64,000 nucleotides of DNA, from positions 32,001-96,000 of the forward strand of contig JALHMH010000009.1 of NCBI GenBank assembly GCA_022844165.1, given 5' to 3'. The position numbers and the translations under genes are program-made. Below are positions 40,014-50,500 of the stretch, in pieces. How positions within the stretch are numbered: the first letter of the stretch is position 1; each line of letters opens with the position of its first letter. The DNA is from Lysobacterales bacterium. Lineage in GTDB: Bacteria > Pseudomonadota > Gammaproteobacteria > Xanthomonadales > SZUA-5. Below the pieces are notes generated by a model. The model saw nothing but the letters and a program-made list of their open reading frames with translations. It had not been told where the DNA came from and searched no databases.

Positions 40014-40544
40014 ATAGCTGTCTTGGAACGCCCCACCCGGAAGAACGAGGAAATTCGTGTCCCGCAAATTCGCGTGATTGGCCCCGATGGAGAACAGGTT
40101 GGGGTGCTGTCGCGCTACGATGCACTGCAAATGGCGCAGGACGCGGAATTGGACTTGGTTGAGATCGTGCCTAACGCGGACCCACCGGTCTGCCGCATCA
40201 TGGATTTTGGCAAGTACAAGTTCGAACTGCAGAAAAAGGCCAATTTGGCCAAGAAGAAGCAGAAGCAGATCGAAATCAAGGAAATGAAGTTCCGGCCGGG
40301 CACCGACGACGGCGACTACCAAGTCAAGATGCGCGCGATTCGGCGCTTCTTGGAGGAAGGCGACAAGGTCAAAATTAACTTACGCTTTCGTGGCCGCGAG
40401 TTGGCGCATATCAATATCGGCGATGCGATGCTCAACCGCATCGAAAACGAGTTGAAAGAAGATGCGGTGATCGAACAACGATCGCGCATGGAAGGTCGGG
40501 TCATGAGCATGATGCTCGCCCCGAAAAAGAAAGTGCAGGCCTGA
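40014..40544 (+). CDS. infC: Translation initiation factor IF-3, probable ATA start
   Basis: NEEIRVPQIRVIG, PPVCRIMDFGKYKF and KEMKFRP; AGGAG at 40001-40005 is 8 nt before the in-frame ATA. Confidence 0.95.
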   Translation: MAVLERPTRKNEEIRVPQIRVIGPDGEQVGVLSRYDALQMAQDAELDLVEIVPNADPPVCRIMDFGKYKFELQKKANLAKKKQKQIEIKEMKFRPGTDDGDYQVKMRAIRRFLEEGDKVKINLRFRGRELAHINIGDAMLNRIENELKEDAVIEQRSRMEGRVMSMMLAPKKKVQA

Positions 40545-40739
40545 TCGCCTGCCGCCGGCGCTTTACGGCGCCGGCTGGTGAGTGGAGTTTAGATTTCACT
40601 TACTCCCCCGATCCGCGCTCGCGTGGACGGGACCAAAAGCTCAGTGATGAGCTGCTTGTCGTCTTGGGTAAGGATCAGGAAAGCATCCGTTCGCGGATCA
40701 CCCAAGCGGCCTAAAGAGAGAGTAAAAGGACTTAACGTT

Positions 40740-40937
40740 ATGCCAAAGATGAAAACCAACCGGGCGGCGGCTAAACGCTTCCGCAAAACCGGCTCTGGCA
40801 AGTTCAAGTGCGGACACGCCTTCAAGAGCCACATCCTGACCAAGAAGTCGACCAAGCGCAAACGTAATCTGCGCGGCCCCAATCACGTGCGCAAAGAAGA
40901 CGCTGGTCGCGTCGCGCGCATGATGCCGTACGCGTAA
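40740..40937 (+). CDS. rpmI: 50S ribosomal protein L35
   Basis: [26 protein letters not shown]. Confidence 0.97.
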   Translation: MPKMKTNRAAAKRFRKTGSGKFKCGHAFKSHILTKKSTKRKRNLRGPNHVRKEDAGRVARMMPYA

Positions 40938-40948
40938 GGAGACGACAC

Positions 40949-41302
40949 ATGGCACGAGTCAAGAAGGGTGTAACGGCGCGTCGTCGCCACAAAAAACTAC
41001 TGTCGCGCGCGAAGGGCTATTACAACGCCCGTCGCAAGGTGTATCGCGTCGCCAAACAAGCGGTCACCAAGGCGCTGCAATACGCCTATATCGGCCGCAA
41101 GCGCAAAAAACGCGACTATCGCTCGCTGTGGATTGTGCGTATTAACGCGGCAGCACGTCTGTGCGGTTTGTCCTACAGCCGACTGATCAATGGCCTGTCC
41201 AAGGCTGGGATCAAGATCGATCGTAAGGTGCTCGCCGATCTGGCGGTGCATGACATGACGGCGTTTACGGCCATCGCCGAACAGGCGAAAGCGAAGCTTT
41301 AG
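40949..41302 (+). CDS. rplT: 50S ribosomal protein L20
   Basis: [16 protein letters not shown] and LWIVRINAA. Confidence 0.98.
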   Translation: MARVKKGVTARRRHKKLLSRAKGYYNARRKVYRVAKQAVTKALQYAYIGRKRKKRDYRSLWIVRINAAARLCGLSYSRLINGLSKAGIKIDRKVLADLAVHDMTAFTAIAEQAKAKL

Positions 41303-41367
41303 GGTGGTGATTGATGGTTCGCGGTTGCTGGATTACGTTCCAGAAACCCCGGTCCAATGTCGTAGCC

Positions 41368-41402
41368 ACAAACGGCGGGGCTTGCCCCGCCGTTTGTTTT
41401 TT
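41368..41402 (+). terminator. Intrinsic terminator after rplT
   Basis: ACAAACGGCGGGGC-TT-GCCCCGCCGTTTGT followed by a T run. Confidence 0.85.
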
Positions 41403-41482
41403 AAAGTGCGGCGCAAATCGTATTGACCGGCTTGCCCAGACGGTCAGGCGCAACGTTCGGTGCGCCGCCCCCCCTGACTTGA

Positions 41483-42502
<1,020 letters not shown>

Positions 42503-42670
42503 AGTGGCGATCGGTAGATTCTGCGACACTCTTGGCCAACACGAGCGCGCGGACGATTTCGCCGTGGGTTGAGCAGACGCTTTCCCTGCAAGCTGCGAGA
42601 TCCGGCCAGCAAAGCCCGCGTCGCTGACGCCATGTACAATGAGCGCTCCTTATGCTCAGGTAGCGCGCCA

Positions 42671-43144
42671 ATGTCTGTCGCTCACGAAGCCCTGATCCGT
42701 CGCTTCTACGATGCGTTTGCGCGCCGCGATGCCGAAGCGATGTCCGCTTGTTATCACACCGATGCGCGATTCTCAGATCCGGCATTCCCGTCGCTGAAGG
42801 GTGCCGAGATCGGCGATATGTGGCGAATGTTGTGCAGCCGCGCGCAGCAGTTCTCGCTCGAATACTCGAACGTCTCAGCAAGTGGCGATCGTGGCTCGGC
42901 GCATTGGGAGCCGCGTTATCTTTTCAGCAAGACCGGGCGCGTCGTGCATAACATCATCGATGCACAGTTTCGCTTTGCCGACGGCTTGATCATCGAACAC
43001 ACCGATATGTTCGACTTTTGGCGCTGGAGCCGACAGGCTCTCGGCCCACCCGGATGGCTGCTTGGGTGGTCTGGGTTCATGCGCAATAAAGTGCAGGCCG
43101 AAGCCGCCAAGGGTCTGCGCGCGTTCCGCGGCAAGGGCTCATGA
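42671..43144 (+). CDS. SnoaL-like / NTF2-family protein
   Basis: LIRRFYDAFARRDAEAMSACYH..F.DPAF and DGLIIEHTDMFDFWRW. Confidence 0.88.
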   Translation: MSVAHEALIRRFYDAFARRDAEAMSACYHTDARFSDPAFPSLKGAEIGDMWRMLCSRAQQFSLEYSNVSASGDRGSAHWEPRYLFSKTGRVVHNIIDAQFRFADGLIIEHTDMFDFWRWSRQALGPPGWLLGWSGFMRNKVQAEAAKGLRAFRGKGS

Positions 43145-43740
43145 GCACCTCTGGGCCTGAGGAAATTACACTGCTGATCGCGGACGCGCAGGCCGGCAGT
43201 GCGCCGGCGCAAGAGAAGCTCTATGCGCACGTCTACCGAGAGTTGCACCGTCTGGCCGAGCGCCAACTGCGTGGCGATCGCGATCACGGCGGGGCAACGT
43301 CGCTGGTCCATGAAGCCTACTTTCGTTTGTCGCGTTCACCCGGCAGCTTTAATGATCGGCAGCACTTTTTCGCCACTGCGGCGCGTGCGATGCGGCAGAT
43401 TTTGATCGACCGCGCACGCGAACGGCTCGCCGAGCGACGCGGGGGCGGTGCCCGGGTCGAGTCGCTGGACGGCCTGGCTATGGACATCGCGGTCGCCGGC
43501 GGCGATGAGGAGTTGTTGGCGCTCAATCAAGCGCTCGATCAGTTGGGTGTGCTCGACGCCCGCCTGGCACAGGTGGTCGAAATGCGCTTCTTCGGTGGCC
43601 TGGAGCTAACCGAAATTGCGCCGTTGCTGCAAGTCTCCGAACGCACGCTGAAACGCGACTGGCGTCGCGCGCGAGCGTTTTTGTACGACGCGCTGGGCGA
43701 CAAAGCGCCGATCGGCGCGGATGCCGATGCCGGCGATTGA
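43141..43740 (+). CDS. ECF sigma factor, TIGR02999/ECF43-like
   Basis: EITLLI..AQAG, ATSLVHEAYFRL, DRQHFFATAARAMRQILID, VVEMRFFGGL and KRDWRRARAFL. Confidence 0.92.
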   Translation: MSTSGPEEITLLIADAQAGSAPAQEKLYAHVYRELHRLAERQLRGDRDHGGATSLVHEAYFRLSRSPGSFNDRQHFFATAARAMRQILIDRARERLAERRGGGARVESLDGLAMDIAVAGGDEELLALNQALDQLGVLDARLAQVVEMRFFGGLELTEIAPLLQVSERTLKRDWRRARAFLYDALGDKAPIGADADAGD

Positions 43741-45052
43741 GGCCGATTGGAAGACAGTGTCCGATGCGTTCGACCGAATCGTCGAACTGCAGGATGACGA
43801 GCGACAACTGGCACTCCGCGGGCTACCCGAGAGTTTGCGCAGCCGCGTTCAGCGGCTGCTCGACGCCGATGCGCGCGAAGCCGGAATGCTCGAACAACGC
43901 GAAGAAGTTCTCGCGCCCATCGCCGCCGGTGCGACGCCCGTGCTTGGCGCGGGCTGGCGCATCGTCGAGTTGCTCGGCCGCGGCGGAATGGGCGAGGTTT
44001 GGCTCGCCGAACGTTGCCAGGGTGACGTGACGCAACGTGTTGCCGTTAAACTGCTCAAACGCGGGATGGATTCGGACGGGGTGCTGCGACGGTTCTTGCA
44101 GGAACGGCGCATTCTCGCAAAACTCGATCATCCGGCGATCGCGGGCTTGCGCGACGCTGGCATTGCCGAAGATGGTCGACCGTTTCTGGCGATGGACTAT
44201 ATCCAGGGCGAGCCGCTGATCGCCTACGCACGACGCCATAACCTGTCGCTGGCGCAACGGCTGGAGTTGCTCTCCGCGGTGGCGCGCGCTGTCGATCACG
44301 CGCACCGGCAGCTCATCGTGCATCGCGACTTAAAGCCGAGCAATGTCCTGGTCGATGATCGAGGCCAACCGCATCTACTGGACTTTGGCATCGCCAAAGT
44401 GCTTGCCGACGACCCCGACGAGATCACCCTCACCATCACCGGTGTGCGCGTGTTGTCGCCGGCGTATGCCGCACCGGAGCAGGTGCGAGGCGAAGATGTC
44501 GGCGTCGCCGCCGATGTATTTGGCCTTGGGGTGCTGATGTATCAACTATTGGTGGGCCGCCTGCCGCATCAACGCAGCGGTCGTGTCGAACGATTGGCGG
44601 ACGAAATCGCCAATGAGATTGCGCCATTGCCAAGCGCTGCGGCCGCCGCAGCCTGGTTGGCGGTACAGTCATCGCCCCTGAATGAGCGCGTGCCGTGGGC
44701 GCGAAACTTGCGCGGCGATCTCGACACCATCATGCTCAAAGCGATTCACCCTGAAGCACAGCGTCGTTATGCCTCGACAGCTGAATTGGCGGACGACATC
44801 GAACGTCACCGCCGCGGCCGTCCGATTTCCGCGCGCCCCGACAGTCGTTGGTATCGCTTCGCCAAGTTCGTTCATCGTCACCGCGTAGGCGTGCTGGCGG
44901 CCATTGCGGCAGTGCTGACGCTGATCGTGGCTATCGCGATCACGGCGGCACACCAGCAACATGCGATCGACCTGTTACGCGCCGAGAACGAGCGCTTGAA
45001 GGCAGAAATCGAAGCATTGCGGCAACCGAGGCCTAGCGCGATTCCACGATGA
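43721..45052 (+). CDS. Membrane Ser/Thr kinase 3 without a large extracytoplasmic domain
   Basis: LGRGGMGEVW, VAVK, HRDLKPSN, DFG, YAAPEQ; TM segment, then a ~33-aa coiled-coil-like tail. Confidence 0.9.
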   Translation: MPMPAIEADWKTVSDAFDRIVELQDDERQLALRGLPESLRSRVQRLLDADAREAGMLEQREEVLAPIAAGATPVLGAGWRIVELLGRGGMGEVWLAERCQGDVTQRVAVKLLKRGMDSDGVLRRFLQERRILAKLDHPAIAGLRDAGIAEDGRPFLAMDYIQGEPLIAYARRHNLSLAQRLELLSAVARAVDHAHRQLIVHRDLKPSNVLVDDRGQPHLLDFGIAKVLADDPDEITLTITGVRVLSPAYAAPEQVRGEDVGVAADVFGLGVLMYQLLVGRLPHQRSGRVERLADEIANEIAPLPSAAAAAAWLAVQSSPLNERVPWARNLRGDLDTIMLKAIHPEAQRRYASTAELADDIERHRRGRPISARPDSRWYRFAKFVHRHRVGVLAAIAAVLTLIVAIAITAAHQQHAIDLLRAENERLKAEIEALRQPRPSAIPR

Positions 45053-45917
45053 ACCTGCGGCGCGCGAGCACAGCCTCACGATGTGCGATATACGCGGTCG
45101 AAGCAAAAATGATGACGGCGCCAAGTAAGGTGTATTCATCGATTGTCTCGCCGAACAGCCACCAACCGAACGCCGCCACGACCGGAAGTTGCATAAAGTT
45201 GATTGGCTGCAAGGCTGACACGTCGCCGACCTGGTACGCACGAGTCAACGCAAGATGTCCGAGCGTGCCCAACAGCCCCGTGGCGATTAACCACCACCAT
45301 GTCTGGCCCGTCGGCCAGGTCCACACAGGTATCGCAGGCAGCAGCGAAAGTGGCGTCATGATCAATACCATGTAGATCACGATCGCGTCGGGCGCTTCGG
45401 TACGCGCCAGAAACTTGATGCTGATTGCAGCGCCAGCCGACAGCGCCGCCGAAAGCAACGCGATCATGGCAGCAAACGATATCGCTTCGACGCCCGGCCG
45501 GAGGATAACCAGCGCACCTAGAAAACCAATCACCACCGCACTCCAGCGCCGCGCGCGAACGACTTCGCCCAACACCAACACTGCACCAATGGTCACGAAC
45601 AGCGGCGTTGTATAGCTCAGCGCAATAGCGTCGGCCAGCGGCATGTGCACCACCGACCAAAAGCCAGTGAGCATCGCGCAGAGCCCAATCAGACAGCGCA
45701 AAAAGTACAGCCCCCAGCGATCGGTTCTCAGAATGCGCGAGCCGGAGCGCAACAGCAGCGGCAAGGCAAAAGCGAGTCCGAAGAAATTGCGGAAAAACAC
45801 CACTTCGAACGCGTGGATATCGGCCGCAGCGAAGCGAATCGTCACAGCCATCAAGGCAAAGCACAGCGTGCTGCCAAGCATCAGCCAACCAGCACGCCAC
45901 GCAAGTGAAGCACTCAT
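45033..45917 (-). CDS. DMT/EamA family transporter
   Basis: About 10 hydrophobic segments; VFFRN, LGEVVRARRW and GWWLFGE. Confidence 0.9.
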   Translation of the reverse strand: MSASLAWRAGWLMLGSTLCFALMAVTIRFAAADIHAFEVVFFRNFFGLAFALPLLLRSGSRILRTDRWGLYFLRCLIGLCAMLTGFWSVVHMPLADAIALSYTTPLFVTIGAVLVLGEVVRARRWSAVVIGFLGALVILRPGVEAISFAAMIALLSAALSAGAAISIKFLARTEAPDAIVIYMVLIMTPLSLLPAIPVWTWPTGQTWWWLIATGLLGTLGHLALTRAYQVGDVSALQPINFMQLPVVAAFGWWLFGETIDEYTLLGAVIIFASTAYIAHREAVLARRRFIVESR

Positions 45918-46567
45918 GCAGGCTCGATCAGCGACGGACTATTGTTCCGCACGTTGCCGACGGCATTCGACACCGCAAAAGCCCGGGTCGAAACTCCAGG
46001 GACTTTTTTCAACAGCAACTGCGCCGAAACGGAATCGCCACCCAGCCATATATCGTAGTCGTTCGTGTCGAGCATGACCGGCATGCGGTCATGAATCGCC
46101 GCCAGCGGCTCTGTGGGGGTGCAGGTCAGGATCGCAACACTCTCGAGCACCAGGCCGCTCGCATCTACGTGGTGCTCCCAAATGCCAGCGAAAGCAAACG
46201 CCACGGGTTCCGTCGGCACAATCGCAAAAGGCGTTTTCCCGGTCTCGTGCTTTTGCCATTCGTAGTATCCAGACGCCGGGACAATGCATCGCCGGTACTT
46301 CAGTGCGCCGCGGAACATCGGCTTTTGCGCTGCTGTTTCCGCCCGCGCGTTGATCGATCGCACGGCAGTGACCCGATCACGGCTCCAACTGGGTACCAGG
46401 CCCCAGCTCAGATTCGCCCATTCGCAATCGGCCCCATGGCGCCGAACGACCGGGACCGAGTTGCTCGGCGCGATGTTGTAACTCACCTGATACACCGGAT
46501 GTTTGTGGGTACGGAACTGCTCTGCGAGCAGTTCGGGCAAGGTATCCAAGAAATATCGTCCACACAT
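45914..46567 (-). CDS. SOS response-associated peptidase (SRAP, YedK/HMCES-like abasic-site protein)
   Basis: N-terminal MCGRY, YNIAPS, INARAET, GYYEW and IHDRMPV. Confidence 0.93.
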   Translation of the reverse strand: MCGRYFLDTLPELLAEQFRTHKHPVYQVSYNIAPSNSVPVVRRHGADCEWANLSWGLVPSWSRDRVTAVRSINARAETAAQKPMFRGALKYRRCIVPASGYYEWQKHETGKTPFAIVPTEPVAFAFAGIWEHHVDASGLVLESVAILTCTPTEPLAAIHDRMPVMLDTNDYDIWLGGDSVSAQLLLKKVPGVSTRAFAVSNAVGNVRNNSPSLIEPA

Positions 46568-46672
46568 GCTTCGATGCTACTGGGTTTTCGCCCGCGCTTA
46601 TGGAGGATTCGACAGTGTGACTGACTCGCGCGCCAACGTGGGAGGCAATCGCGGGAAGCCAGCGCTGAATGG

Positions 46673-47098
46673 CTAGGCGCGCCCCCAATAGCGCTCCATC
46701 GCCAGGTAAGTGTACGACGCCGACCACGCGATCAGCAGTAACCCGTTCAAGGCTTCAACGCCGGCCACCAGACGAATTGGGCCTGTCGGCGTCAGATCGC
46801 CGAACCCGAGCGACGTATAGGTCTCAGCGGAGAAGTAAAAGCAGGTGAGAAACGAAACTTGATTGGCACCCTCAAGTACACCAAGCTTCATTTCTTCCAC
46901 CATCCAATAGACGGCCCCGCCATAAACCGCGATCTCAATCGCATGCGCGAAGAACATGGCGACCATTGCGACCAGAAGTTTCATCCGGCTTGGGATGTGT
47001 AACACCGCAAGACGAGAATTCAGGAACGTGAGAACCTCGTAGTGAATCAGCGTGGTCAGCAAGACCAAGGCCAAACAGGCTGCAATGACGATCAACAC
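46673..47098 (-). CDS. Small potassium-channel-family (Ion_trans_2) protein
   Basis: Pore signature YFSAETYTSLGFGDLTP between TM helices; EALNGLLLIAWS. Confidence 0.85.
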   Translation of the reverse strand: MLIVIAACLALVLLTTLIHYEVLTFLNSRLAVLHIPSRMKLLVAMVAMFFAHAIEIAVYGGAVYWMVEEMKLGVLEGANQVSFLTCFYFSAETYTSLGFGDLTPTGPIRLVAGVEALNGLLLIAWSASYTYLAMERYWGRA

Positions 47099-47102
47099 GG
47101 GG

Positions 47103-47474
47103 CTACTTCCGGATCAACGCAACGCTATACGGATGCAGCTCGGCTGTCATCACGCCCGCACGGACGGCCGGATCGCCATCCATAAACCTACGCGCTGCAG
47201 TTTCGTCGTTGGCCTCAAAAATCACCAAGCCAAAAGTCTGGTCAAGATCCCTGACGGTGCGTCCCGCCAGGATCACCTGACCGGCCTCCGTCGCGGCTTT
47301 CAGATACTCAAAATGCGCAGAAACAGCGGCCCGGTCGGCTTCGGCCCAGAGCGACTGGTCGTGAAGTTTTGCGTCGATACGCAACACATAGATGAACTGG
47401 CGCATCTCACCCTCCGCGGCAGCCTTGGCAGATATCAAGATCAGGAATAGTGCACAGATAGTCGTTCGAATCAT
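47103..47474 (-). CDS. YciI-family protein with signal peptide
   Basis: HFEYLK, ILAGRT, GLVIFEA and DPAVRAGVMTAELHPY. Confidence 0.82.
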   Translation of the reverse strand: MIRTTICALFLILISAKAAAEGEMRQFIYVLRIDAKLHDQSLWAEADRAAVSAHFEYLKAATEAGQVILAGRTVRDLDQTFGLVIFEANDETAARRFMDGDPAVRAGVMTAELHPYSVALIRK

Positions 47475-47533
47475 GACCTTACCCCCAACCCTCTCCTGCA
47501 GTCTGGGAGGGCTTAATGTGTAGATGCCGAACG

Positions 47534-50500
47534 CTAAGCAACGAAGGCTCGCGCATTCCAGAACAGCCGCTGCCACGGCGAAACGTCACCTCCGGACGGG
47601 CACCAGCTCATTTGCAGACGGCGCACGATGCGCTCTGGGTGCGGCATCAGGATGAGCGCACGGCCGTCGGTACTGGTGAAGCCGGTGGCCCCAGCGGGCG
47701 ACCCATTGGGATTGGCCGGGAACGCTTCCGCCGGTTGATCGCCATCGACGAAACGCATGGCCATCGCGGCAAAGTTGGGTTCGCCATGCCAATCCGCGCG
47801 GCCTTCGCCATGAGAAACGACGATCGGCAATCGCGATCCGGCCATGCCCGCCAGCAGTACCGACGGCGAATCGAGTATCTCTACTTGCACCAATCGCGCC
47901 TCGTACTGCTCGGAGTGGTTGCGCAAAAACCGCGGCCAGTGTTCCGTGCCGGGAATCAACCTGGTCAGCCCGCTCAGCATCTGGCAACCATTGCATACGC
48001 CCAGCGTAAAGGTGTTGCGTCTGGCAAAAAAAGCGGCAAAGTGCCCGGCCAGCCGCGCGTGGTGCAAAATGCCCTTCGCCCAACCTTGGCCAGCGCCCAA
48101 AACGTCGCCATAAGAAAAGCCACCGCAGGCCGCGAGGCCATGCATGCCTTCCAGTGAATGTCGACCGGTTTCAAGATCGCTGACGTGGACATCGATCGCC
48201 TCAAAACCCGCCCGATCGAATGCTGCGGCCATTTCAAAATGGCCGTTGACGCCTTGTTCGCGCAGGATCGCGACTCTCGGGCGTGCACCCCGATTCACAT
48301 AGGGCGCTGAGATGTCTGCTTCCGGGTCGAAGGAGGTTTGCACGATCAGCGGCGGCGTCTGGTATTCGCATAGCCGGCCGTACTCCTGGTCGGCGGTCTC
48401 CGTTCGATCCCGCTCGCGCTGGATGCGCCAGGAGACTTCGCCCCAGGCGCCAATCAGTTCGCGCATTTCGAGATGCGATGTGCCGATCTGCAACCTCGGT
48501 TCGGACGTCACCGTGCCGAGTACCGTCACGTCCAAGCCGGCCGACTGGGCGCTGGTCACGAGCGACGCGATCGTCGTCGGTGCAGCCGCCAGCACCACCC
48601 CCAGCTCCTCGGCGAACAGTTCGCCATCGTCCGAGAGGTTGACTCGCAGGCCGGCGCGCGCCGCGAAGGCCATTTCGGTCGCGGCAATCAATGCGCCGCC
48701 ATCGCTGATGTCGTGATAGGCATGAAAGGCAGGCTTATTTGCGATCAGCCAATCGACGAGCCGTATCAACGCGACCGCTTCAACATCTGGCGCAGCGCCG
48801 CCATCGAGCGATTGGGTTTGCGCCCAAACCGACGCCCCCAGACGACGCTGGGTTGTGGTGCGAATAACCAGCAACGCATCACCAACCTGCGGTTCCGGCG
48901 TCAGCGTGCCGCGGACGTCTTCAAGGGGCGCGAACGCGCTGACAATCAACGAGATCGGCGCACAGGTCTGGCTCACACCCGACTCGGTCTGCCAGCGTGC
49001 GCGCATGCTCAGGCTGTCCTTGCCTACCGGGATCGATACGCCGAGCGCCATACAAAATTCGCTCACCGCAGCGACTGATGCATACAACGCGCTGTCCATC
49101 GCCGCATCGCCCGCTGCCGCCATCCAGTTGGCCGATAACTTGATGTCGCCCAGCCGCGACACGGGCGCCGCGAGTAGATTCAAAATCGCCTCCGCCACCG
49201 CAACACGCACGGCGGCGCGGGCGTCGAGCGCGGCGAGCGGCGTCCGCTCGCCCATCGCCATCGCCTCGCCACTATGACCAGAAAAATCGGCGAGAGTGAC
49301 AGCCACATCGGCTACTGGCGTTTGCCACGGACCCACCATTTGGTCACGATGCGACAAGCCGCCTACGGTACGATCGCCGATGGTGATCAGGAACGCCTTA
49401 CTCGCGACACTGGGAAAGCGCAGCACACCCAGCAGCGCCTCGCGGAGCGGCAAAGCCGATTCCGGCACTCTGGTCTTGCGCTCGGCGCCGTGCCCCTGCC
49501 CGTCCACAGCCGCCACGTATGCCGGTGCGACACGATGCAGCTTTGGCGCTTTCCCGAACAGCACGTCCATCGGCAGATCGACAATGGCGTCGTGACCTGA
49601 ACGGACTGCCAAATGCTCCCTGGCGCGCGCCTCGCCCACATGCGCGAATGGACACCGTTCACGTTCGCAGATGTTGCCGAACAGCGCCAAATCCGCCGGG
49701 CGAACCGCAAGCACATAGCGCTCCTGGGCCTCATTGCACCAGATCTGCATTGGGCTCATCGACGAATCGTCGTTGGGAATCCGTCGCATGTCGATTTCGC
49801 CACCAACGCCGCTGTCGTGCAACAATTCGGGCAGCGCGTTCGACAGCCCACCGGCACCGACATCGTGGATGCTGACGATCGGATTGCGCTCGCCCAAGGC
49901 GATGCAGCGATCGATGACTTCCTGGCAGCGCCTTTCGACCTCGGCGTTATCGCGTTGTACTGAGGCGAAGTCGCGCGCGCTGGCGCCTACGCCGCCCTGT
50001 TGCGAAGACGCCGCGCCACCACCGAGCCCGATCAGCATCGACGGGCCGCCAAGCACGATGAGCGCATCGCCCGCCTGCAAGTTGCGCTTTGCGACATGGC
50101 CATCGCGCACCGCGCCCAAACCTCCGGCAATCATGATCGGCTTGTCGTATGCCAGGCCCAGTTCGACGTGCTCGAAGGTGCGGAAGTAGCCACCCAGGCA
50201 AGGACGACCAAACTCGTTGTTGAATGCGGCCGCGCCGATCGGGCCCTCGGTCATGATGCGCAACGCGCTCGCCAGGTGCCCCGGCAGTGGTCGTGCGTGC
50301 TCCCACGGCTGCGGCGAATCGGGCAGACGCAGATGCGAGGTGCTAAATCCTGTCAGGCCGGCTTTAGGTTTTGCGCCGCGACCTGTGGCGCCTTCGTCGC
50401 GGATTTCGCCCCCGGCACCGGTCGCCGCGCCTGGGTATGGCGCAATCGCGGTGGGGTGATTGTGCGTTTCGACCTTGATCGCCAGATGCGAGGGCTCGCA

